Of a DNA stretch of 64,000 bases, positions 50,343-64,000 are shown piece after piece (position 1 is the first letter of the stretch; every line of letters begins with the position of its first letter). The notes below the pieces were generated by a model that had not been told where the DNA came from, searched no databases, and saw only the letters and a list, made by a program, of their open reading frames with translations. Position numbers and translations under genes: made by a program. This DNA comes from Octopus sinensis (Eukaryota): contig NC_042997.1 of the NCBI RefSeq assembly GCF_006345805.1, forward strand, positions 120,528,001 to 120,592,000. The letters are read 5' to 3'.

Positions 50343-51802
50343 ACATGATATATATATATATATGATGTCTATATGTATGTATTGTGTGCGTATTGATGTG
50401 TGTGACTTTAATTATAATGCAATTATATGTATTTATTCATAAATCTTTAACTTGGTATTTCATATTCTCTATCTTTACAATTTTACCAAATATGTAAATA
50501 AATATAGGAGTTGCACTGTTTATAAAGCGTAGGAAGAAGTTTTGGAAGAAGCACACACACCTACAGAAAATAATTGATTAATTGATTAGCCACAATTAAT
50601 TAAGTGTTTCTAGATTTATTTTATTGACACACAACTTTGAATTATCTAACTTTAAAGAGTTTATTAATGGGTAATCGTTAAAGAAGAAAATATTATCTTT
50701 AATATATAGTGTAACATTATGCAAACTCTCTGAATTATTGATCGTAACGCCTAAAGCCTTACCACAAAATATCTAACGTTGTAATTGGGAATTTTTCGTA
50801 TAAATTTCCTCAATGGTCTGCATACTCTTTGAAGAGGTTTTTCGTATTAAACATAAAATTATCTTTGATGTAAATTTCAAAATATATTGTTGATAGATTT
50901 TAGAGAATATAATTCATGAAATAGTATGAAATTAACTAAAGCTTAGTTGATTTTGATATTTTTAATTCATGTCTTCTGATTTACATTTCCCTGAATATCT
51001 TTGACACTCACAAAAAAAATCTATATTAATATGTTACTATTCTGAAGATATAGACGCAGTCAATAAATAGGCGTTGAAATATAATAATGATTTCAATTAA
51101 GGTCAGATAGAAGATAGACGAAGTTTATTATCATACATATTAATGTACATACATTATTTAATACAAAGTTACGTACAAACATATATGAATATAAAACCAG
51201 ACAAATATGCATATATAAATATACATACACACACATATTAGTATGCTTGTGTGTGAGTGTGTGTGGGGGGTATCAATAAAATTTGAATATCGACTTGATT
51301 TGAAACAAGTTCTTTGACTCTTATATCTTTTCTTTTCGTTTCTTTTTCGTTAATTAATTTTTACCTTTGTGTTACTTTTGGATTATTTAGATATTATTTC
51401 ACATAAAGGCGTTTTTGAATTCGCTAAAAATGTAATATTTTACAGCATCCACACTTCAACAGATGTTTTCATAAGATTCTGTTTTAATTCTCTGATATAT
51501 TATATCTAAAATAAATTCGTTCTCTAGATAACACAATTATATAGAACAAAATATTATTTGCGGGATTTATCCCCCACACGCACACACTCACTCACACACA
51601 CACACACTCACACACACACACACACACAGACACACGCACACACACACACACACACATACACACACACACACACACACACATATAACAGAATTATACGCAT
51701 TCACAGGGGGGTTTATATACCTTAATATTTCTATAGTCAATATACGTTCAAACCTTATAATTCTATATGCAAAAAAACATACCTACATATATGTCAAAAT
51801 TA

Positions 51803-51837
<35 letters not shown>

Positions 51838-53163
51838 ATATATATATGCGAACATATGTGTATGTGAGTATATATATGTGTGTGTATGCATTTTTAGATA
51901 TACACACATACACACATATTATTACGTGCGTCTATGTGTGTGTGAATATATTCTTAACATTATTGCAACGCACACATAGTGCTGTAAAATATTTCCTAGC
52001 ATTTCTACATTGATCCTCAGTTTGCTACATATCTACCTAACCCATATTTTGCTTACATAGTTTAAGCAAGTATATATAATTTTTGCAAGCAAAAAATTCC
52101 AAATTAGATGTGTTATACTTGGCTTTTCAGACTAGCAGGAGATGAACACAGCTTCCGTCTTGAAGCAAGCCAATGCTATTCTGGTGTCGTTGTGTCAGCT
52201 AGCATATAAACATCATCTGATCATCCCAGTCATTACAATCTAGTATTTTAATGTTATATACGGTCCCAGTAGACACAGGCGATATTTTCTATACATCATC
52301 CGCTATTCTTTCGTGGTTTTGATAATCATTTACTTCTTTTAAGTACGAGATGTTTCCGCCTACAACCGCTGATTTCTAGGTTTCAACGTTGTTTAGTTTC
52401 TTGACGACACGATGTTTTTTTTGGGTTTCTGTATGGGTCGCTTTCATAAATCATTCCCTTTGATAGTCTGAAATCTTAGAGGGATGGCTCAAACTATACA
52501 CACCACCACGTATATAGTAGAGGTTGCAGTAAGGTTCTTTACTGAGACAGCCAATATTTTCAATATTCCTATGAGATGAAAATCAAGCTTCTTATACACC
52601 ATTGTATATATATAAAAAAGGTGTTCCATTGATACGGACACGATGTCTAAAATAAGAATATAAGTGGTACGAAAATGGACAAACCAAATATGCATATGCT
52701 GGTGTACAAATTCAAATCCTGTATAGTTAGTCTCGTAGTTATTGTACCCTAAAATCCAATGAAACATTTTCCAAGCCCCAGTAGCTTTCGGTCTCTAGTT
52801 ACCCACTCCGGAGACAGATTTGCTAAGTTAAACACAGGATTTCATAACATTAGTGATAGTCACATGAATATCAGGAAAAGTTTGCTTCTTTTTATTCATA
52901 TTACAAATATATATTTTAAGTATATTTTTGAAGGTTACCACTGGCCCAAAAATTATTTAATTTAGCATATTTTCCAATCATTTATGCAAATTCACTATGT
53001 AATATGCGTTTCTCCATATGTCTAAGTATATAGTTGTACTGGACACAACTTAGAGAAATTTATGCTTTGATAAGGCCTGGTGGGAGGCAGAAATACGTAT
53101 CGACACCTCCCTAATTGTCTCCAAAATATCACATATATATATATATAATATATATATATTATA

Positions 53164-53241
<78 letters not shown>

Positions 53242-53245
53242 TACA

Positions 53246-53305
<60 letters not shown>

Positions 53306-53889
53306 TATATATATTATATATATACGCACATAAATATACGGATAATTTACCACACATATATAAACGCACAAACGCACTCACACATGCGTACACACAAACA
53401 CATACATGTGTACAGAAAGAGAGAGAGAGAGAGAGAGAGAGAAATAGAGGGCGTAAATATTTCAAAGCTGAGAGTCATCGCTAGCAACCTGTCAGATCAC
53501 ATAATATTCGCTTGTCTTGAGTGGCTCATTTTCCAATTTATTCTAACAACTGCATCTGTCCCTATGTTTCGCTTTATCCAACTCTCTTCCATCAATGACT
53601 TGCTTGCCACTGCATGTGACAACAAGCTAACACTAGCATTCTATTTAATTTAGCAACTTCTAAATATGCATCATTGATTTGCAGTACAAATATTACACGG
53701 CGAACCCATACGGGCATTATGAAAAGTCTACATAAACTTTATGAGCAAATCCTGCGAAATCATTTTCAATAAATATAACAATCTTTTTTCTTTCAAGAGT
53801 AAAAACCATAAAGCACAATATTTTTCCCATATCAAAAAAAAAACCATTGCGCAATACGCATCTGAGTAATGTCAGGCATTCTATAAATA

Positions 53890-54137
53890 AATAAATGTGC
53901 CCTTTTAAAGCCTAGCCAGGCTCATAGGCCCCGTTTTTCAGTTTCAATGGCGTATGTGTTCCCCAGATGGACGTGACGCCAGTCCATCGCAGCGTTACTC
54001 ATTTTTGCCAGTTGAGTGGACTGGATCAACGTGAAATGATGTGTTTTGCTCAAGAACACAACGTGTCGACCGGTCCAGGAATGGAAACCACAATCTTACA
54101 ATCATGGTGCTGACACCCTAACCACTAAACTACTCCA
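53890..54137 (-). mobile_element. tRNA-derived SINE with V/Meta-like domain
   Basis: Minus strand gtagtttagtggttagggtg...gtgttcttgagcaaaacac...ctgcgatggactggcgtcacgtcc. Confidence 0.75.
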
Positions 54138-56138
54138 CGAGAATTCCCCAAGTTGTGTGGTCTCGCTACAATGCTTGTTTTTTCTATACTTTGCATACAT
54201 AGGCTTACATTCTAGAGTTTCTAGTTCAAATTTCACTTCACCTCTCCCAAGAAATAATCGAACTCTGGAGAATTCATGTGGGATTCATAATGCTATATTG
54301 TACTCACATCTTTGGGTACGGCTTTTCCTGTACACATAGCAGACACCACAAATATGTACGATGTGTTTCATGTCACTGGCACCTTCCAGCTTCTACTTGA
54401 AAATCACTGTTTCGTCACCCTGTCTGTTCCACAAATACAATAATGACCTTTTCACCTGATAATTGTCCGGATTCGTACTGTCCCGCATGGCTTTCTTCCA
54501 CTCAGCTTTATATTTTGTCCAATGCATTTCGGCCTAACCTCAACGCTACATCCATATTTTATTTCTTTCCAGATCGTCCACGTACTGAAATTCATTCTTA
54601 GTTCCTGCTCTTATTTTCTAGCAAGTGTTACTTGCAAAATAAATAAGTAAATCATTGATATGAAATTCAGTCACGTTGAATGGCCGACAAATATCATGGA
54701 TATTGCTACCTCCTCCACATCTACGAAACTCGGACATATATCTTACGCATTCATGATTTTGCAAATGGAATTTTCCCTCAATAGCTATAGCATTTAAATG
54801 AACTTTACCGCAGAGGAGAAGAATCGCAAAGCAGTTGACCGAAATATATTGCATCATAATTTATCCCGTATGCAATATATTGTTGAACAATATTTTGATT
54901 CTATCTAAATCTCACCGATTGTCATGGATATATGTGAGGTATAATTTGAACTTTATATATGTTCCATACAATGGGATTCCATTTGTATATTTTTCGTTTA
55001 ATACGATGGTGTTCAAAATTAATTTCCACCTGCAATTCAGAATAATGCCATTTACACTATAGTCTATTTTGTGTTATTTCTTGTCGATGTTAACGTTAGC
55101 TGTATGATTTGTCAATTCGGAGAAGGAGCACTCAATCTAGAAAGAAGCACTCAGTCGAAAATAATTAACGCTGGTACAATCGTTCCCTTCTGATAATATT
55201 TCGTTTCTGCTATATTAGAGACTTGTACGCGATTATTAGAATACGAAGAGAAATGGAAGGTTTAAAATATTTTATGTAATCTTAACAATAAATATTAACA
55301 TATTCGGTGAATCCGGTTTCGCCACTGAGAATATCAATGTGTCACAAACTTATGTGGTTCTACATTAGATTAGTATTTACACACATAGTGTATGCACAAA
55401 ACAAAAATCTCTTACGAGATAAACACAACACAATAAATAGACTCCATATTTAAATAATAATTAGTCTTTTAGAACGGACACTTACGCTTTCTGACACAAG
55501 TTTTGGGTTGATTCAAGAAAATAGTAAAATGTTCCAATTCAGGAGAAAATGCTATTTGAGACGAATTTACACTTTCATGATTACATTGGGAATTACGTAC
55601 CTTGTTATTGAGACCCATAGCTTCCAATTAACAGAAAGTTATTAAGATTTGTATATGATAGAAAATTGAATTTACTTTTTGTAGCATATAAGAGAGAAAT
55701 GGCACATATATTTGTCTTTCTAGGAATTCTATCGGGTTTCTGCGCTAAGCGATAGTTTTCAATGCATTCCTTATGACTGAGGACAGTTTGGAACACCGAG
55801 ACTTTATCGAAGTAAACATTCGTTGAAAATGCCAAATGATATGTAATTTTGATCTTACATAATTATAAAGAAAATTATTCTTGGTTCGTAGTGAGATCGA
55901 ATGTTTCAAAAAGATTATATTCAGAAACATACAAATGTGCACATACATACATGCATACATGCATGCATTCATACATAGAAACAAAAACAGCCTGTTGTTG
56001 ATGTTGAAATTCCAATGAAGGAGATCATACAGATCTAAGTTGGAAAGTTTTTCTTCCTCTATTGGCAAGAAATCTTGAAACAAACTTGATAATGACACAC
56101 ACACATACTTATATATATATATATATATATATATATAG

Positions 56139-56235
<97 letters not shown>

Positions 56236-56500
56236 TAGAAATAGGAGTTAAAATTTCTTTTCTGCTCCTATAAGAATCTCCATGACGACAAGGTATATTT
56301 TTACGGAGGCAAAGAGAAAAACAATGACTCAACACGACCAGGATTAACTACATATGCGTTTGGAGATTAAAATGATTTACATTTTACTTACTTCTCTCTT
56401 CAGTATAGTATTTCCAATTATAAAATTTAAAAGTGCTAGGGACAAATATGCACATAATCGAGTGACATCATGTTACATAATTAGCTAAATCTAATTATAT

Positions 56501-56548
<48 letters not shown>

Positions 56549-56560
56549 ATATATATTATA

Positions 56561-56692
56561 TTAAATTAGAGATAAAACCACTATTAGGCAAATCAAAAGC
56601 CAATAGATAGAAATAAAATTAATTAATAAAATATATAAAATATAACATTCCAAATTAAAATATTTAAATTAATAATTTAAACTTATAAATTT

Positions 56693-56742
<50 letters not shown>

Positions 56743-57560
56743 CGCAGGAGTGGCTGTGTGGTAAGTAGCTTACTTACCAACCACATGGTTCCGGTTTCAG
56801 TCCCACTGCGTGACATCTTGGGCAAGTGTCTTCTGCTATAGCCTCGGGCCGACCAATGCCTTGTGAGTGGATTTGGTAGACGGGAACTGAAAGAAGCCTG
56901 TCGGATATATGTATATATATATATGTATATGTGTGTATATTTGTGTATCTGTGTTTGTCCCCCTAGCATTGCTTGACAACCGATGGTGGTGTGTTTATGT
57001 CCCCGTCACTTAGCGTTTCGGCAAAAGAGACCGATAGAATAAGTACTGGGCTTACAAAGAATAAGTCCCGGGGTCGATTTGCTCGACTAAAGGCGGTGCT
57101 CGAGCATGACCGCAGTCAAATGACTGAAACAAGTAAAAGAGTAAAAGAGTATATATATATATATTTTATTATTATTTTATTTATTTATTATTTTTTTAAA
57201 ATATAACTATCAAAAAGTATTAAAAGTTTAATATGAGATAAAGAGTACATTATCTTATATTACTTTATGTTACATTTTATCTTATATTAAACTTTTAATA
57301 CTTTTTGATAGTTATATTAAAAAATAAATAAATAAATAAATAAAATAATAATAAAATATAAATATATATATATTTAAAATTTATAAGTTTAAATTATTGA
57401 GTTAAATAATTTTTTATATCTTAACTTTAATTTAAATATCTTAATTTGGAATTTTATATTTTATATTTTTATATATTTTATTAATAAATTTTATTTCTAT
57501 GTATTGGCTTATGATTTTCACTGTTTGATTTGCCTAATAGTGGTTTTATCTGTAATTTAA
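56561..57560. repeat. Nested AT-rich inverted repeats (PLE pseudo-LTR-like)
   Basis: 56561-56700 is approximately the reverse complement of 57370-57560, and an inner palindrome spans ~57160-57360. Confidence 0.75.
56741..57150 (+). mobile_element. Full-length tRNA/CORE-like SINE inserted in (TA)n
   Basis: tRNA-like head ggcgcaggagtggctgtgtggtaag...ggtttcagtccc, CORE-like gtgacatcttgggcaagt, an internal microsatellite and a (gagtaaaa)n tail. Confidence 0.9.
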
Positions 57561-59164
57561 TATAATATATATATTTATACTATAAAATTAAATTTAGTCC
57601 TAAATCTAATTTTTCCTTGTAAGTTTGGATTTACTCCCTAATATTATTATTATATATATATATATATATATATGTATTTGTAAACGTATATACTTAAGCT
57701 GGCCTTCGGGTGGAATTCAGACTCGTCCTACGGAGCTACGGAGAAGACTTCGGCCCTATTACCTGGCGGCTTCACGGCCTTCCACCCATGTGTAATGTAC
57801 TGGACTCGGACACATTCATTGTATATATATCTCCTGGGACTAATTATCCGATACCCCATTCCAAACTCCCTATCCGACATATATCCACACACCCATACTC
57901 GACAAGGCAGGATTTTTAAACCTCATTATATAAAATATATGTGAGGGCATTTTGATCGATCATGGCTAACACTGATAACAACAGCAACAGAAGTGCCAAG
58001 TGTAAAGAATACCAAGAAATATGTTATCTCGCAACGAATATGTAGGCATAATGGTAATTTCACTAACATGAAAATGTATTCCTCCGTTAACCTACAATCA
58101 CGGACTAAAGGCATAACGGGGTATATTCCGTAACTGAACACAAAGATATCAACGAAATTGTTAAGCCTACAACATTTGTTTCTACTCTACAGGGAGCTCT
58201 CCATTGTTATACCTACATTTCTATTCGAAACAATAACACGACTTTGGGGAATTTTTGGTCTCATGTTTTATATAGAAATTGTTCGTACGGGACTACGTGA
58301 CTAGCATTTTATTAACCTTAGGAGGAAGTCTCCTCCAGCTGGTTAATGACACCATCCATGGCCGATATATTGCAAGTGAGGGAGCGAACAGCTACCATAT
58401 CGCGCTGACAAGACCAGTAGACCTGTCTGGTTTCAAGTCGCTTCTCTTCACCAGTCCTGGACTTCTGTTTGCTAGGCATGGCAGTCGTTCGTCCTAGCTC
58501 GTTATTGTTTACGTTCGTCCTTGCATTGTTATTACTTAGCATCACTTACAGAGACTCTGGGCTTGCTACTTTGCTGATATATATATATAACATAAAAAGC
58601 TAAGGAAAGGAAATCCTTGAAAGGGATGTATAAAACATTAAAATCACTTGTACGTCGTCAGTTGAATACACAGAATTATGAGTATAATGCACATTGCAAA
58701 CAAATTAAATGGAGAGATTCAATTGAGAATCCAATAATTTATTTATATTATAATATAACATAATATACAATGAATATAATATAAGATAAGATAACATTAA
58801 AATAATCATTAAAACACCAAAATAACCAACAATTTGTTGATACATATATACATTATTTGATTTATAAACAATACATATCCACTTATATTAGTCTCTTCAG
58901 AGACTTATACAAATGGATATGTATTGTTTATAAATCGAATAATGTATACAAATCGAATAATGTATATAAATCGAACCACATTTTGGGCTATTTTAGTTTT
59001 TTATGTTCATTGTATATTATGTTATAACATAAATAAATTATTGGATTGTCAATTGAATAGCTCTATTTAATTTATTGTTTATGTATATATGTTTATATAT
59101 ATGTGTGTGTGTGTGTATACATACATGTATATACACACATGCATATATACATACATGCATATAC

Positions 59165-59210
<46 letters not shown>

Positions 59211-59599
59211 CATGCAAACATACATATATGCCTACACCATCATCTCTATTCTCATTTCGTCCGACCTCACCTTGAATACTGTTGTCCACAGTGGTTTCCC
59301 CCATGCGAAGCAAATCATTATGAAAGTCGAAGCACTCCAGAAGTCAATAACAACAAAGATAGACGATATGAGGGGAATTGACTATTGGGGTTGACTAAAA
59401 AAAAAAACTAAATCTCTACTCTATCCAACGCCGTCGGTAACGCTACATCATTTGTGTGAAGTGCAAAATATTCCAACAATATTACACAAATGATGTTGGC
59501 ATCAATTTTAAAATCCCTCCAAATCTTGGTCACCGTGTTATTAGCCCACTATAAAAATCGATCGCCGTACACATAGCAACATTACGTCAAGGTTACTTT

Positions 59600-60810
59600 A
59601 ACTCAACCGGTCCAGCTCCCTTTAATACCAGAGCAAAATACATAAAATCGGGAACGGATCCCATAAAATTCAAATGTTAACTAGAAAAATTTCTTCAAAA
59701 AATCCCGGACCAACCTCCTACACCTGGATATTTATCCAACAATAATAACGCTTTGCTTGAGAGGGCCATAGTGACCCATATATGACTAAAAGACTTTACC
59801 AGGTGGTGCTATTAAATTAGACATGGCCTGGACCTATCCGGCCGAACCCTATCAAAATTATCAAAACTTCCTCTCATATACCGTAGATTAAGCCCAACCT
59901 GAAATTTTTCTATATGCACAAACGGTAGTCACCCCACCTCCATAATGCTTTAAAACATTATAGCCAACATTAGCAACATTATATATAATATCTCGTCTCC
60001 TAAAGAAATTTTAGATAAAGCATCTCTCCACAACAGCAATGCCCGTAATAACTGACTTTAAGTATAAACCCTTCTAGTAATAATACGAATAACAAAAATA
60101 GACCTGAAAGTAGATCTAGGGGAATAATTCGGTTTCTCTCTCCTTTTTTTCTAAAAGTTAAACCGGCGTAAGTAAAAGGTTTTTATCTCTCTTCTATTAA
60201 CACTTTTCTGGTAATCACAGGTACAGAAGAGTATTCTACAGATACCCAATTACATTATCTCCTATCTGCTGCCCCAGTATGAAGAACATCATTACACGCA
60301 AAAGCCACCAAAAGCCTACTCCCAGTCGTAACTCCTGTGGCCCAAGAATTTGTCCTTACACCAGGAAATGCGTGATTAAATCCGTTATATATGTGGCAGA
60401 AGATACAGCAAAGGTACATGAGTTACATCGTGTTATCTGAAGTCGTCTGCAATAAACAACTATGCTCACCACACATCTTCCTTCCGTCACGGACAAACAT
60501 AAAGCCACTAAGTGGGCTAGCCATTGATAACGCCACACCATATACACACGAGGAGAAAATAGTTAAAAAGTCCACAGCATACCACAACGTATCATAAAAT
60601 GTCGGCAATGCGTAGCTGAAAGACCACAAATCTTTTTAAGATCATGCCCCGTGTTAATGAACCGAAAAATGCAAGCTATGCATAGCTGACAGACTGCAAA
60701 TCATTTTTAAGAACCCCACTGTACTGTTAAATCCCAGGTCCGAAATTTTCAACGGATGTAAACAAATGGAAAGGTTCCAGTTGGCGAATTGGAATATTCT
60801 CATCGAATTG
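59600..60810 (+). mobile_element. Decayed Penelope-like element (RT-thumb to GIY-YIG)
   Basis: Remnants SHP, CP..RKCVIKSVIYVAE...YIVLSE and LLNPRSEIFNGCKQ..RFQLANW are colinear with the 17-kb element. Confidence 0.7.
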
Positions 60811-63800
60811 AGTGGGTGTAACGCAGACTCCAGACCCTTCCCCGTTCAGCCTGATCATGGCTTTATAATCAAAGGTGACTCTTATCCTATCGCTTGTATA
60901 TGCCACATTAGCACATCCTGAGATTGCATGAAAGCACCAGATATGTTATAAAATGCTGTCTGTTTCGTTTTCATTGCATGAAACTATTAGTAGTCCATAC
61001 AAAATACACATTGTGCTAAATGAACAGTATTTACCTTTCACTAGATGGAATACTTTTGTTGATCTTCCCTTCACGGAACAGTATACACACACACACACAC
61101 ACAAACATACAATCACTCACTCACACACACATACATATATGTTAATGTATGTATATGTATATACACATGTTTGTTTGTATGATTCCGCATGTTTGTATGT
61201 GTGTGTGTGTCTATTTCTGCAGATACTCTGAGATGTATTATCAGTGGCGATTCTAGTATCTTACCATTTTCAGGTTACGTGACACATACTCACTCTGACT
61301 GAGACAGGATAAATCAAGTCACGCAACGGATCACAGGATCGTCTGTACTTTGGCATTTCTATTTTAATCAAACTCATCTAGCTTCCTTCAATGGAGCTTC
61401 GTCAGGGGGACGTGTCACTCAATCATTGTTTCAAAGCCTATCCAGAGCATGCAAATTAAAGGCCCCACAAATAAGCGGTGGCCTGCATCAATGGGATCGC
61501 AAAATATCAGCAACCTTTGGTGGCTGTGCAGCTCTCCAAGCTCCTTGAATTTGCTGCGGTTTCTCTCAATAGATTCTTTTCCGTGTTCTTCTCATAATAC
61601 AGTCTGTCCATACATGAGTAGATGTTTGGTGGTACCTGAGAAAATAGCAATGTCTAGGTGTAATGTTATTGGTGTGTTGGATTTTGGGAACTTAGTGTTA
61701 GAGTTATGTTCGATTAAGAGATTACTGTTGCAAATATACTACACGCAAATATTCGTGCTTCCTTATCGCACCCGACTCTCCCCTACATTATTTTCTTTTT
61801 GTCCGGTTGTTGATAGTCCTAACCACAGTCACTATTTTGCATGTACTTTTTTTATGAAGTTCATGTCTTTACGCCCCTCCAACAGTTTTAAATGTTTGCT
61901 GGTATACTTTACGAAGATCAGAATAAATATTTTCCTTTAGTCAGTTGTCTTTAAATTTTTTGTTGGCTCACAGCTGCATTCTCTTCATTTTCCCACAATT
62001 TGCTTTATCGGTAAACATATATTGATGAAGTTATTTCCAACTCTACTTGATCTTATAATTTAATATCCCAATTTGCGGGAGGAAACTTAGTGAATAAAAC
62101 ATTGCACAATTCCCTATTTTACCTGTGTGAAACCCAGGCTTATGCGTACTCGCATACATGATGTTACCTTATTGCTAATATTCATAACATATCACAGTTT
62201 ACTACAATCAACAACGAATTCTTTACAAATATCAATTGATGATGTAGACAATGCACTCCGTATATTTACTAAATGCTAGGGAAATATGCTTAATATTAAA
62301 GCTATAAGCATAAAGTTAATTGTTCTATTCCTTTCTACAGAACTATGAGAGGCCAAATTAACATAATAAATTGAGGCTGCTGTAAACGAAACTAAATCCT
62401 GTAGGTATGTGAGATAACATTCAAGTAGTGGAGTATCATGAGATATCTTGGTTATCTCTGTATTATATATGGTGGCAGCGGTTGTTTCAGTAATTGTGTT
62501 GAATGGTAATTTCAAAGGATATGCATAAGGCCATTGAATATGCTATCACATGCAAAGAAAATGCTTTAGAAACCTTGTGAGTGTACGCATTTATCGTAAA
62601 ATGCATTTTTTCCCTCTACGTTTGTGTTTGCCCACATACGTTCGTTTAGCAAAAATGTAAGTTATTGTTATTAAAAGGTTCATAATGACCTTCTAAACTA
62701 CCATTACATTTGCAAGTGAAAACGCAACCACCTTCTCTCTTGTTCTGAATATAAAAGAACATTTTAACAGCTCTATGTCGCTGTATATAACTTCGAAAGA
62801 CACGAACTGTTAAGGGTTAGATACCGGGGTCAGCAAAATAAAGAAACAGAAATGTGACCAATCATTTCTTTCATCAGGATTTTGAGATCTAAACAGAAAT
62901 TATTAACATAAATTTTGCGAAATTATTTTCGACTGACATACAGCTGGGAATAGGTCAAATGCGCTGTTCCTACATAATAGACGAAGGTGCAAAAACAATT
63001 TTCCAAACGCAACTGATTTCTTTATTAGGCATAAAGCCCCAAAAACAGAGGGGACACTACAAAGAAAGACACAGCATCACAGTGGGGACATAAAAACATA
63101 TAACGAATGAGGATGAATGTTATATAAAAATGAAGAAATGAAATGGCTGCATGGGCCCCATTCTCATGCAGTACCATTTGAACGTTTATACACACTATTT
63201 ACAATCTTTCTATTTTTCTATTGTTTTTTCTTAATCAGCTTTTTCCCTCTTTTTTTCCATTGAAACACTTTTACTTTTTCCTTTTTTTTTCTTTTACTTT
63301 TAACAAAACAATTTTACTTATTTTCCATTTTAATACCTCATATAAAGCTCTATGTCGCTGAGTTCAACTACTGGTGGCAGTTCATCGAAATCCACCAAAA
63401 CTTCGGGCGGGTCAATCTTTTTTCCGCACGTGTCTACTAGTCTATTGTATTTGTCGACCACAATGGCCTTTATATTTTCTGAGTATAGATCCGTGGGTAA
63501 CTTCACTTATATGTTATGTTTAAATTTGTTTTTTGCATATGTTACGCAGTTCCATTTATGTTTTCCTCTTCTTGGTTTTCTCATTTCTACATCCATTTCT
63601 GGTGCTATTTTTCCTTTTCTGTCTCTATTCTGCACACTCTCTCTATTTCAAGCTCAAGTCATCTGCTGTTATTATGTTTTTGTTTTGTTGAACGCGGGTT
63701 ACAATTATCGGGGCATTGGTGATTACATATTATATAAATGTGCTGAAAGCAAAGTGTATTGTAATAAACTAAATTTATGGCGCCCAGATTTCTGTAGATG

Positions 63801-64000
63801 AATTTCACCTGAGTGCTTATTTTAAGAAGCAGCGTTTCGCATAATACGGTCTGTGCCGTGTGGGGACGTGCATGTTAAACAATCGAACCAACATTTCATC
63901 TGCGTATCGTAAAAGTCGACCGAAAGATATTGAGCTTAGATTGCACCCTCACCTCGTAAAGCCGTCTCTAGCGACGACTACCTAAACAGACGCATAGGCT

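Noticed and set aside
53050-53106. Degenerate HHR TTGATAA-ggcct..aggca-GAAATACGTATC
   Set aside because: Two core mismatches and no stem I; suggestive only, so not called as a feature.
63352-63801. 149-aa ORF
   Set aside because: No recognisable domain, low-complexity composition and no splice context.

Overview
AT-rich, microsatellite-laden eukaryotic non-coding DNA (intergenic or intronic). The SINE types and repeat landscape resemble an octopus/coleoid cephalopod genome; this is inference. No host protein-coding gene is confidently seen, and most listed ORFs are microsatellite artefacts. The window is a transposable-element graveyard containing a full-length decayed mariner, an internally deleted Helitron, R4/Dong-like RLE LINEs sitting in (TAA)n tracts, RTE and Tx1/L1 fragments, MITEs, many tRNA-derived SINEs and several Penelope-like elements (PLEs). 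The main hidden signal is a dense set of about 12-15 minimal type-I hammerhead ribozyme (HHR) motifs, mostly between 18 and 35 kb, most with a family-specific self-complementary stem III. They occur in PLE pseudo-LTRs and in short non-coding retrozyme-like units, including a ~332-nt tandem/inverted unit flanked by a 13-bp direct repeat. All motifs and coordinates were read by eye, so boundaries are approximate.
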